64,000 nucleotides of DNA, from the NCBI GenBank assembly GCA_001599295.1, contig BCGN01000008.1, forward strand, positions 868,001 to 932,000, read 5' to 3'. Under the pieces are notes generated by a model. The model worked only from the letters and a program-made list of their open reading frames with translations, was not told the origin of the DNA and made no database searches. Position numbers and translations under genes: made by a program. The stretch comes from Sporopachydermia quercuum (lineage: Eukaryota). Shown in pieces: positions 47,693 through 60,558 of this stretch. Positions within the stretch are counted from its first letter, which is position 1. The number at the start of each line of letters is the position of its first letter.

Positions 47693-48266
47693 ACAATATA
47701 TTTATTTATTGATGTTCTCTTGATTTCCAACTAAATTTCGTACCTGACTATTTATCTTTGTATGGACTCAGGCGTTATTACTGTATAGCCAATGGTGAAC
47801 GAGCAAATATAATATAAGAATTACAATACTGATGTTACTATTTGTTGATCTTGTTATGTACTGCTAGATCTCCACAAAATAACTTCCATTGAACTCCAGT
47901 TGATAATAGTTATGATTCCAACAATGGTTCAAGTTTGTTTACAATATACTTCAATATAATCAAAATAATGAATCAGCTATTGCCATAAATATTATGAGAG
48001 CATATAACCAGCTTCCCATATTAATTCGTAGTACACTACTACCTTGATTGTAAAGCAAACTGCTTATCAGCTCAATACAAGTCCAACGACTAGAAGAGCA
48101 GTGACCACAAAGCAAAGATTTTATATATATTGGTAATAATAAAATAATACTTAAGATATCAGAACCTGTTATTAACGTCGCACTTTCGACAGATTTTCTG
48201 TGATTATTGTCATATTTCAGTAAAATTTTACAAGACGCATAGAAAGCAACGAGGAAACCGAGAAAC

Positions 48267-48446
48267 ATGGAGCAGAATCGGGATGGTATGAAAAATGTAA
48301 AGCCATGTGATTTCTGCCTAACTCAAAATGGATTCCTTGTCCGTTGTTTTAAATGGGACATTTACGGAAAATGGGACGATGAAATTGTCATATGTGAGAG
48401 GAATGGATGGTACGTAGAAAAGGGAGGACATAATAATACAGATTAG
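48267..48446 (+). CDS. Putative 59-aa Cys/Trp-rich small protein
   Basis: ATG..TAG ORF reading MEQNRDGMKNVKPCDFCLTQNGFLVRCFKWDIYGKWDDEIVICERNGWYVEKGGHNNTD. It falls below the 60-aa cutoff of the track. Confidence 0.3.
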   Translation: MEQNRDGMKNVKPCDFCLTQNGFLVRCFKWDIYGKWDDEIVICERNGWYVEKGGHNNTD

Positions 48447-49001
48447 GACTTGACGCGGTAAGATAAAATATTTCAATTTCTTAATTATAGCTTTCAACTA
48501 GACAGTAATGGGGTATGCTCTTGGACAAAATCTTTGTTTATTGCGTCCAATAGTTTTGTCTGTAAACGAATGTCAATGCAATTACCAGTCCAGCAAGATA
48601 GAAGAAGGGTACCTGAATGTCTTGCCTTGAGGATTCTATTCTAATCGAAGGAGTTAATGTACATATTTATCAAAGGAGCAACTAAGTTCAATTTGATAGT
48701 AGCGGAAGTAACTCACTTCTCCCGTATATAATTCATTAATTTCATCTTCAATTCATCTAATAATCATAAATTTTCCCCCAGAATGCTTATAATGAATATT
48801 GAATTTCAAATGTACTAATATGCTTGATCTGACTATCTACAGAAACTTAATTTGTCTTGGCACTTCTTCTCCAAATTCAATCAACTACAACATATCAACC
48901 GAACCACACCTCACGATCGATTAATCTTCGAATCTATACCAAAATCATACTCTACCCATTGTTTATCTAATTGACGCATACATATTTAGTTGGAGTGTAT
49001 C

Positions 49002-50750
49002 ATGTCGGAAAAACACGTGGTAGCAAATACTCCTAATCATGATGTGGCATCTTCAGCAAGAGGTGTGACATATCTAATACTGTCACAAGCATTTGCAAAA
49101 CTATCCACCTTCGCTATCAATCAATTACTTGTTAGGCTCGTGAGTCCTCAGTCTTATGGTGTTAATGCTTTTTTGGAGTTCTTAGTATCTTCAGTTGTTT
49201 TTTTCAGTAGGGAAGCTGAGCGGTTATCATGTCAAAGAATCCCAGTTCCGGCAAAGGATAATGAGAAAAGTGACGAAAGTAGCAAAGAAAGCAACAATGA
49301 ACTCTCTACTGTGATTATTGATGGCACAACTCAAGCTTCTATGCAAGGGGTAATCAATTTTGCATATATTGTATTTCTAACTGGGAACATCATTCTTGTT
49401 GCAGTGTTTGGATACTATTGGCGTAATGTTTCTCAAGAGTACCTGACAACTCCTTTTTTTCTATACGCTCTATTTATTATGGCGTTGGCAGTAGAAACAG
49501 AATTTATTATGGAGCCATTATTCAGTCTTTATCAATACAATCTGAAGTTTAAAGAACGGGCAAAGCTTGAGTCGTTTGGGATCACGTTAAGGTATATTGT
49601 AAATTTGGCAATAATGTATCAATTCAAAGGATCTACGTTAAACGTGGCTGTAATTGCATTTGCAATTGGTCAATTGGTATACTCGCTTATCTTGCTAATA
49701 GGTTACAATACTGATTATAGATTAAATGGCAACTTCGAAAATGTTTCTTTGATTCCTAAGAAGATATATATGGATGCTTCTCGAAATGATTATTACTATT
49801 TCCAGCACGATGTCTTCACGCATTGGAAAAAAGTCTGGCTTCAGATTGGTCTTAAGCATTTATTGACCGAAGGTGATAGACTATTAACAGCTACTTTTAG
49901 TACAATTGAGGATCAAGGAGTTTACTCTTTAGTTCTAAACTATGGCTCATTAGCAGCAAGAATCATTTTTCTACCTATAGAAGATGCAACAAGATCTATC
50001 ATTTCTAAACTTTTAAGAGATAAGAGTAATTTAAGGAGTAATCAAGAAACTGCTCGAAAATCTATACTGATTTTACTGAAGCTTTATACATATTTCTTAG
50101 CACTCCTGGTAATTTTTGTGCCCAAAGTAATACCGTTCGTTTTATCCTATTTAGTAGGAAAGAATTGGAGTGATACCGAAGTTCCACGTATATTGCAAAT
50201 ATATGTATACTATCTTCCTTTTCTTGCTTTCAACGGTGTCTTAGAAGCATTTGTTCAATCAGCCGCAACTGGAAGTCAATTGTTACAACAGTCTCGCTGG
50301 ATGATACTGTTCACAGTTATCTATATATCATTGGCGTATGCTTTCTTGGTTCCATTACAGATTGGAATCTCTGGGTTAATAATATCTAATATGGTCAACA
50401 TGTCCCTTAGAATTACGTGGTGTTATAGTTTTGTTTCCGCTTATTTCAAAGCACATGGGTTACATGGTATATCAATAGTCGATTCATTACCTGAGAGCAA
50501 AATGTTGACTATAATCACTGCTTTTATAGCATTAGAACTCTTTCGTAAAGAGAATATACTGTCATTAGTACAATTCGCATTTGTAGCCCTTAGAGCCATT
50601 TCGCTGCTTGGACTTATGTAAGTATGATTGTTTTTTTGAGTCATTTCACTCTAACTTCAGTTGTCACTCACTATACTAACCTCACATGTTCATAGCTGCT
50701 TTTATGAAAGAAACAAACTGTTCAGAGAATGTCGGTCGATATTTGGATGA
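49002..50750 (+). CDS. RFT1: Rft1 lipid-linked oligosaccharide translocation protein (2 exons)
   Basis: Motifs FFSREAERLSCQR, KHLLTEGDR, QGVYSLVLNYGSLAARIIFLPIE and YLPFLAFNGVLEAF. A 3' intron at 50618-50695 (GTAAGT..TACTAAC..TAG) adds ICFYERNKLFRECRSIFG*. The gene is divergent from HAP3, as in S. cerevisiae. Confidence 0.93.
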
Positions 50751-51275
50751 TTTAGATGATTAGCAAAGAATGCTTAACTGTATTATATTTATAGAATCGA
50801 GTTTCTCTTGTAGTTTAAATCATAAATAATGTTGAAACGTTTCTTCTAAACCGAGATATATGNCAGTCACGTGATTAGNTGTATATAGTGAGACTTCAAA
50901 TGCTTACCACATGCAGATTCCAATTTCCTATCATCTAGAGTAAAACCACAAAGATTTCATGCCGTGTTTGTATTACTTTCTTTGCTTTATTTGTGTATAT
51001 TGAATCAACAGCTGCGACGCTTTTGTAGAGCAGCACGTTAATCTCTACCTAAGCCATTATCTTTATTATTTCTATCAATACACATTTTTCAATTGGTTAT
51101 ACGGTGACGTTGAACATATCAATTTGCCCATCAGACCAGTACACCTCCATGCATGTTGATAACGCCATTAGGGATTGATTATCTGCGATACCTTAATAAT
51201 CCGCAGTATTGTATCAGTGGAGNCTGGGTTTACTTTTAAAGTTCTGAAAGAAAGTCTCAGTAGAAATTTCATACA

Positions 51276-52281
51276 ATGATTGATATAGAACAGTAAGTGT
51301 GTTGTTTTTTAATAGTTGCAGGTCATCGATTTGTTGCGATGCTTTAGATCACATTTTGACAATGAATTTTTGAACAGATCAATTGCCCTCCTGAAAGAGA
51401 ACAAGTACATTCCAGAGCAAGATGTGATAGAACTCTGTATCAAAGCACAAGAACTTTTGATGGAAGAAGCAAATATCCAACTTGTTGACACGCCTGTAAC
51501 GATATGTGGTGATATTCACGGACAGTTTCATGATCTAATGACTCTCTTTGAACAAGGTGGAGAATGTCCAGAAGTCAACTATCTGTTTCTAGGAGATTTT
51601 GTTGACAGAGGGTTTTATTCACTAGAATCATTTCTATATTTATTATGCCTGAAAGTAAGGTATCCGGATCGAATAACGTTGATACGGGGTAATCATGAAT
51701 CAAGACAAATAACAACAGTTTATGGGTTCTACGATGAATGTGTNAGGAAGTATTCATCAGCTAATGTATGGAGATACTGCTGTGAAGTATTTGATTATCT
51801 ATCACTAGGAGCATTAGTTGGAGGTCCAGAAGGTGTATTTTGTGTACATGGAGGATTATCACCGAGTATAGTGACAATGGATCAAATCAGGATGATCGAT
51901 CGGAAACAAGAGGTTCCTCATGAAGGTGCAATGTGTGACTTGTTATGGTCAGATCCTGATTTAATCGAGACTTGGGCTATATCTCCGAGAGGAGCAGGCT
52001 ACTTATTTGGAGGTTCCCGTGTTGAAAGGTTCAATTATACTAATAATATCTCGTTGATTGCCAGGGCACATCAATTGGTAATGGAAGGTTATAAAGAAAT
52101 GTTCAATGGCGGATTGGTGACAGTATGGAGCGCACCAAATTATTGTTATAGGTGTGGAAATGTAGCTGCGATCTTGAAGATTGATGATGATCTATCAAGA
52201 TCTTATACAGTTTTTGAAGCTGCTGTTCAAGATGTAAGGTCCCTTCCATCAAAGAAGCCAGCTGCTGATTANTTCCTGTGA
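51276..52281 (+). CDS. PPH3: Protein phosphatase 4 catalytic subunit (2 exons)
   Basis: Exon 1 51276-51292, intron 51293-51377 (GTAAGT..CAG), exon 2 51378-52281, giving [15 protein letters not shown]. Contains [41 protein letters not shown] and a C-terminal DxFL. Confidence 0.93.
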
Positions 52282-55279
52282 TTTCTTAGAGCGGTTAAGA
52301 CTGTTCCGTGTATTATTATTATTATCATTATTATATTATTATTTACATACATTCGTCATATTATTTGTTGCAACATTTGTAAAGTAACTCAGTATCTAAA
52401 ACTCAACTTGTAACCTCTCTAATACTTCTTTGGTATTAATAAAGAGGTAGTAGTAACATTAGCATCGAAGTATTATCAATATCCTGGCTGTAGCAGAACA
52501 GAACAGAACAGTGTTTATGTAATCTATAATTCATTCTAGTCTTATGAACCATTGCAGCTCAATTTTCCATAGTTTCGAAGTAGTTCTGGCAATCACTAAC
52601 GGAGAAAGGGTTGACTGGCTACGCCTCAGTAACGACACTTTTCACATAGTCTCTTCATTCAAGTTAGTTGCGGTAAGCATGCCGTTATTCCAATTTTTCC
52701 CGAACCTAGCTAAGTTTGCTGTAGTATCAGTAAATGACACTTGGTTATCCAACGGTATAGAGAGAAAAATAGGAGTAAAGTTAAACTTTCAATATAAAGT
52801 TGAAAAACCGTTGATCGGTAAAGTCCGTTCAATCGGAGGTAAAACAGGTAACCTACTTCATCGGGTCATTTAGTAGGAAGGTCTCATATAATCTTCTCTT
52901 ATTCTGTCATTGTATGAAGGGTTTTGAGGATACACTAAATACATTATCACCACCTAACTTTACAAGCCGATATCACTTTCTGAATGAAATTTTGTACTCA
53001 GTACCAGGAATAATATTTGAAACTTACACCTACCTTCGATCAATAATGGTCTGCCTCAAATAATAAACAGAGCCTTTGCACATAAACCAAAGTTAGTAAN
53101 CAACTATTATTTTAGAAACAGTTGGAAACCAAGTTCCATTTTATGCCAATTAGATTGGGTTGTTCATCAAGAATTGCCTATTCTAATAGTAGACGTAGGC
53201 AATAAGGTTTTCATGCGATTGAAGACAACAAAAAACAAAAAAAAAATGACGGAATATGCCGATCGGGATATTACTAATGAGGTGTGAAATACTGGCAGAA
53301 AAGGAAATTTTCAATTTTCAATGATTGAATAATGAAACATGACAAAGGTACCCACTACCAATGTTGAAAATTATGAAATACAACGTCTATGACTATAATG
53401 ATTACAATGAGTTTATTCTTAATTGATCAATAAATACATTTTTCAAGAAATTACAGATGAGCGTTGCTATATTTATCACATCATGTCAATTTGAATAACT
53501 GTAGTCTGTCTTTGATCGTATTAACTACCACTACCCCTCAATCTTTAGTATACCCAAATTATACTAACCAAGTCGAAAGGTTAGCGGGATCATTCAACCA
53601 ACTTTGATCCCAGCTTAGAATTGTATCAAATTAACCCAAAAGAAATGACTGATTTGATTATTTCACACAGCTTCAGTCGTTGAATATATTTTTGTCTCTT
53701 CGTAGCTTGTTTCGCCGGTTTCGGGCCTAGTTTTCGGTCACCCACAGGCAAATCGCTTCTAGGACCAATATTCTTATAATTCAGACGATTCGGGTCAAAC
53801 CCACTGTGATTCTGGGTCGTATCATTATCAATATATGCAACCTATATGCAAGTGAATGTTCCTACAATAAAGTATATCTTAAAGTTAAATCTTAATTCCT
53901 AATACATCGTATCAGTGAAACTTAGTGGAAGTTGAAGTTCACATGAGGTCAAGGATCGAAAGAAAACATAAATCGTTAAAAAGGTCTGAACAGCAATGGC
54001 ACTGATCAAATACTATTGTGAATAAACTCAGAAAAATACCATTGGGGATTTTAATAAACTTTCCACGGTTGATAAGCAAGCATTGTTTTTTGAAACTTCC
54101 TTTAACGAGCGGCCAGATCAAGTATTTTAATCTTTTTATAACCCCTTAACAATTAGCGATAATGATAACACGGACCAAATCGGAGCTGTGGCAACAGCAT
54201 TTCACAGTTTAATTATGCTCTCAAAGAACAATTGGAACTGTCATTTCAATATATGTCTACCTCTTCGTTCATGGGATCAATTGTTACTTGGTTGCAAGTC
54301 TTATATGAATGGTAAATGCGTTGCGGTAGTTTTCTACAACCTAGGATTGGTATAGAAAAAGAAGGTACAAATTCATGTGTTTCTAACTATTCTGTGTAGC
54401 TATCTATGGCTAGAATCATATAGAAAAAAATCGGTACAGACACGATGTTTCACTTCAGTACTCAATTGCTATGCAATTGATGCCCACATAGCCGTTTCAC
54501 TCTCATTACATTTTTCTAATCAGNCTCTTGTAATTGAATTGTACCCCTTAACTCTTTGTAAAGCTCCTATCTACCATGTTCAAGGACAATGACTTTTTTT
54601 TTCACTTTTAGATACGACATAGATAATTCATAGATCAAAGTCTCAAGGGGTAAGTTTTAACTACAAATAATGAATACACGCAACTTCATCTTCTACTTAC
54701 CAAATCTGAAACTCAGGGGTAGAAAAATATAGAAGGGAGATTAATCNGTTGAAATATTCNTCACTCGGAGAACCCTGTTGTGTTGAAATACTTGATTGAA
54801 AAAGATCGTCTAATAATAGCCGAGCGTTAAATATTTGTCGATCTTAATGTACAGTGTTACCAATTGTTTCCCTCATTGACCAGGTAAGTGCTCAATTGCG
54901 AGCAGAGTCCTCAATCTCATCGCATATACTAATGGCTGCAAGAGGAATACGTTTCCATACCGTAGATTTCTATTTTTATTCGTCTCATAGTATATGCATT
55001 ATGATAAATGCTACTTCTTCAATCAACAATGGCATCTTCTGTATAACTAAAAAAGAAGGAAGCAAGCTTGATTGAAACTCAATTTTCAGAATCTCGCTAA
55101 ATCAGACAAATTACTATAAATGATTGATACTGGTTGTTGATAACACATCGTTCATATAACAACTCTTCCAATGCCTTAAACAAAGAGCTCAATTGAAGCT
55201 TCAACTGCTTATGAACAAAATAAAATTTGACTAGTGAAAGTGTTATAAGATGTTAAGAAAACAAACTCTGATATATCTA

Positions 55280-55339
55280 CCTAAATAGGTTTCCTGTTAT
55301 CTAAGAATTCTTTATCTTGCATGAAACTTTAACTTATCT
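55280..55339. promoter_or_regulatory. CArG box plus three clustered GATA sites far upstream of GDH1
   Basis: CCTAAATAGG at 55280-55289. TTATCT (AGATAA on the minus strand) at 55297, 55312 and 55334. Confidence 0.4.
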
Positions 55340-56635
55340 GAAAATCCAGTACGGGTCAATTGAACGTAAGAATATCTCACTCAAATTGACGCTAATACAA
55401 AATGAGAATGGATGGATCATTAGAAGAATGGGAAGAGAAGCAGGTCAATTAATATTAATAGAGATACATGAATATGACACGACATAAGGAATTAACAGGT
55501 TATTAGTAAACAACTGAAGAAAATGGTGTACTTGTGGAGATGTTTGTTGATCCTTGAGTGCTCTAAGATTGAATAGATCTATCTCTGCCTGTCTTCTTCA
55601 TTTCTATTAATTTCATACTCCATTGGCAAAGGTTAATATGCTTGTACATTATTCTAATTCAAGTAAATAGCTTCAAAAGGTTCGAGGCAGTTGTTTTATT
55701 CTATACATTATGGAAGATGGGTCAGATTCCATAATGGTCTTTCCGGTACCAAGAAGAAGTAATTGGNATTGATCAGCAACTCAATTAACGTAACGCTCCC
55801 TAGTGTAAGTAGACAAAACAGTGGCTCAAAACTCATGAATACCCGATTGTAAATTCATTCTTTTTAATTATCTACGAATAGTATTTAAGTCTTTGCAATG
55901 ATTTATTTTTCACTTTCCTTTATACTTTCAATAGTTAGGGTGAAATGTTCAAACACTTTTTTCTCCTACTTACTTCATTTGGTGTGAATCTCTCAATTAA
56001 CTGCAACCCAGAAAAACTTTTCAGTCAAGGTTACTCATTGTCCGATTNTCTTTGGTACCCCTTCGTCTCCGTTCGTAAGGTTTAGTTTAAAGTTCAGGGA
56101 AAATTAATTGAGAACTCTTTAATTTATCGAGCAAGAAATATTATGAAAATAATATGTAATTTATAGGTATTTGTAGAGGGAATAAAATGAGATAATCTCT
56201 TTAATGGGGAAATTTGTTAAATTTTACAGTTTCCTCTCCATTAACTGTTCTATCAATATTAGTATAACTTGTCCTATGATTACTTCTTCTTCAAAGCTCC
56301 CTCAAACTTTAAAGTTCACGTTAAGTTTCATTTTTGCACTTTCCAATCCCGAATCCAAACCGATCAAAACTTTATACTCAACGGTTGGTATACGTAACCT
56401 TCATCTGCTTCAATATAAAGCTGCCTTATCCCTCCTTGTCGAAGATCCATCTTCTCTTCTTCCTTCCCTCCAAATATTATATTTTCTTCTCATCTTCTTT
56501 CCCTTTTTTAGTATAATCAAATAGTTATTTTTGGTCTTGTTTATCAGTACTATCCGGTGTATAAACATCTAGCAGCATTGACAACTTGTTGGCAACTATA
56601 GAGTACCTATAAACATACACATACACAGCATATAA

Positions 56636-58018
<1,383 letters not shown>

Positions 58019-58541
58019 ATTTTACGTCCCATGATATGTACTTATTAGCTTCTTTTATAGCGGAATAACTGTTTAATGATCTTATATAGAAGATGCGCTT
58101 CAATCGTAGTTGAAATAGTATGATGTTACTTAGAGTATTCGTGATTGTATAGCGACTATGAATAACCATTAGTAGAGGCTACTTAAGCAACAATCGCAAG
58201 GGCGGTTAAGATTAGATAGTTAACCCAGAATGATATGGCTTAACTTGCCTTGTGATATAGAAGTGATAACATCTGGAAGAACAGCAACAGTAACAGCAAC
58301 AAGAACATAAATGTTGATTGCTAATGAATACCCTTTCCCGTCCTAATAACAGTCGGATGGGCAATTGGTCCATCGTCATTTGCATATAAGATATTCAAAG
58401 ACGTCTCAACTCATTAACTGAAAACCAAAGTAGAATTGAAGGAAATGCTTCATTTAAAAGATCAAACTCTCTAAGTAGCAAATACAACTATCACTTCTAC
58501 AGCTCAACAAAAGACGACCCTAAATAAGATAAGAAAAAAAT

Positions 58542-58612
58542 TGCGTCAGCCCGGAGTCGAACCGGGGGCTCTTCGATGGCAACGAAGAATTTTACCGCTA
58601 AACCACTAACGC
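58542..58612 (-). tRNA. tRNA-Gly(GCC)
   Basis: GCGTTAGTGGTTTAGCGGTAAAATTCTTCGTTGCCATCGAAGAGCCCCCGGTTCGACTCCGGGCTGACGCA folds as a complete cloverleaf with an oligo-T terminator downstream. Confidence 0.97.
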
Positions 58613-58640
58613 CTGTCGAGTGTGTTTCCTNCTATTCATC

Positions 58641-60558
58641 GACAAGACGTCATATGAATATTAACTCATGCAAATCAATTGCTAGTGAANAATCTAAACA
58701 ATAGTGAGCCACAAATACATAATTATATAAACATCAACTATTCCCTAATCCTCAAGTGTAATCTATTCTTCCTTCTTGTTATATAGCGGAAGTATATATA
58801 CGAGAGGAGCAGGCAAGTGAATAAAGACTTATAGTAACAGATGGAGAGACAAATAAGTGGGAAGGGCAACAGTGGTAGCGATGCGTAGTTCCGATTACGT
58901 ATTGAAAGAGACTAAGAAGGATAACNCATTGTTATACTATAAACATATATACTATAAGAGTAATAACAAGGAACAAATGAGCACTGCTAGAAGAGTGAAA
59001 GGGAGCACAAAGAGAGCTTTTGAACACGTCAAAGAAGACATGGATAGTGAGAGAGAACCCCTTAGGATTGAATACCCACAAATTGAACCAAACGCAAGAT
59101 ACCTTAGAAACTAACTATATGGACAATGCAGCAAAGGTAATGAGAATTACGGTGAAACAGCCTGACGTTTTTATTGGTAGTGATAAGGACTGTAATCGTG
59201 CTATATAGTGGTTAGATAAGTTAGAACTGTATTATCAAATGAATGAAGTTCCAGATACCAAATGGATCATGACTACAATTGGATATGTATCCGANAGAGC
59301 TTATCAGTAGGCTGCAAGATATAGAAGTACAATGGATACGAAAACGGCAAATGACTAGAAGCTTTTTCTGAAGTCTTTCTAATTTCAATTCCAATCTCAA
59401 GAGTTATTAAAAAAATATGAACACGAATATATGCATTTGAAGCAAGATGAGAATGTGCAAGACTACACTAGGAAGTTTAATGAATTGCTTTTGTTGATTG
59501 ATCCTATGTGGGTCGCAAGTGAAGCCATGGTCTTAGAAAGATTTATTGATGGTCTAAGTAGAAGGAATGCTGCCCATGTTCGTTCCAACAATCCTACTAG
59601 TTTGAATAAAGCAATGGGATTAGCTGTGCATGCACAAGAGCTGAACGGATTGAATTATTCACGCAGATACCCAACAACAACTAGAAATGAGTATACATAT
59701 AATAATAAGAACTGGAAGACAAATCAATACAACCGTAACACTAATTATGCAACTTACCCAGAATCAAGATCCAACGATAATAGTAAACCTATCAACGACG
59801 ATAACAAGAGACATAGTGTATTCAGCAACCAAAAACCACGGGCAAGTTCTGCGATATTTGTTGGAACTGTGGAAAAGCCGGGCATAAAACGTATGCATGC
59901 CCTAAACCAAAAAGCTTAAGAAGTCAACAATAGAAACCGGTGTTGACGACAAACGCAAAGGTTTCAACAATACTTTTCACAAGGGAGAAATCAATATTAT
60001 TGAGACTTGGGGTGAAAAATATCGCTTAAACATAAATAAAAAAGAAAACAAATTGAAAAAATGCAGAAGAATTTGACCTACAGCTGGATCACACATTGAT
60101 TTGAGGAGTGAAACATTTTTGAATGTCCAAGAAGAATGTTATTATAATAAACCAGAATCACATGATCTTCTGACAATGAATGGCATAATCAACGATATTC
60201 AGATTGATGTATTGATTGACACTGGCTCAACACGAACTTTATCCTAAAGAATTAGCAGACACTTGGACCTCAAATCCAGGAAAACTCAAATAATGGAGAT
60301 TCGTTCTATATTAGGAGTCAACACAATTTGTAGTGGCCCTGTGACATTCATGATTAAGATGGGACACATTAAAGAAGAAATTGCTGCATATGTTTTATCT
60401 GATTCCAGAAGAATACTTTATACTTAAGAATTAGGGTATAATTGATGTTTATATAATTGTTGTCTAGCCATTATTGTTTTTTGATTATGTCCTAGCAGTT
60501 GATTTGCACGCGTTAATATCTATTTCTGATCACTTCAATATTCAAATGACGTCTTGTC
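58641..60558. mobile_element. Composite element bounded by long inverted repeats (left 58641-58771, right 60408-60558)
   Basis: The left arm and the reverse complement of the right arm share collinear blocks GACAAGACGTCATwTGAATATT, TGCAAATCAAyTGCTAG, AATTATATAAACATCAAyTATwCCCTAATyCTyAAGTrTAA and TATTCTTC. The right arm has a ~22-nt insertion. Confidence 0.8.
58777..60407 (+). mobile_element. Degenerate, truncated Ty3/gypsy retrotransposon (LTR end, PBS, gag, protease; no RT or IN)
   Basis: TGTT...AACA segment 58777-58871 containing TATA and AATAAA; iMet PBS TGGTAGCG at 58873-58880; Gag from ATG 58977 with capsid pattern (PDVFIG..WLDKLE..LKQDENVQDYTRKF); zinc knuckle CWNCGKAGHKTYAC at 59859-59900; protease VLIDTGS (DTG 60218-60226). 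Four in-frame stops and several frameshifts. Confidence 0.9.

Noticed and set aside
55743..55752. Leu3-like site CCGGTACCAA upstream of GDH1
   Set aside because: The second CGG half-site is missing.
58641..60558. DIRS-type retroelement, suggested by the inverted termini
   Set aside because: An aspartic protease and a tRNA-iMet PBS are present and no tyrosine recombinase is seen, which points to Ty3/gypsy.
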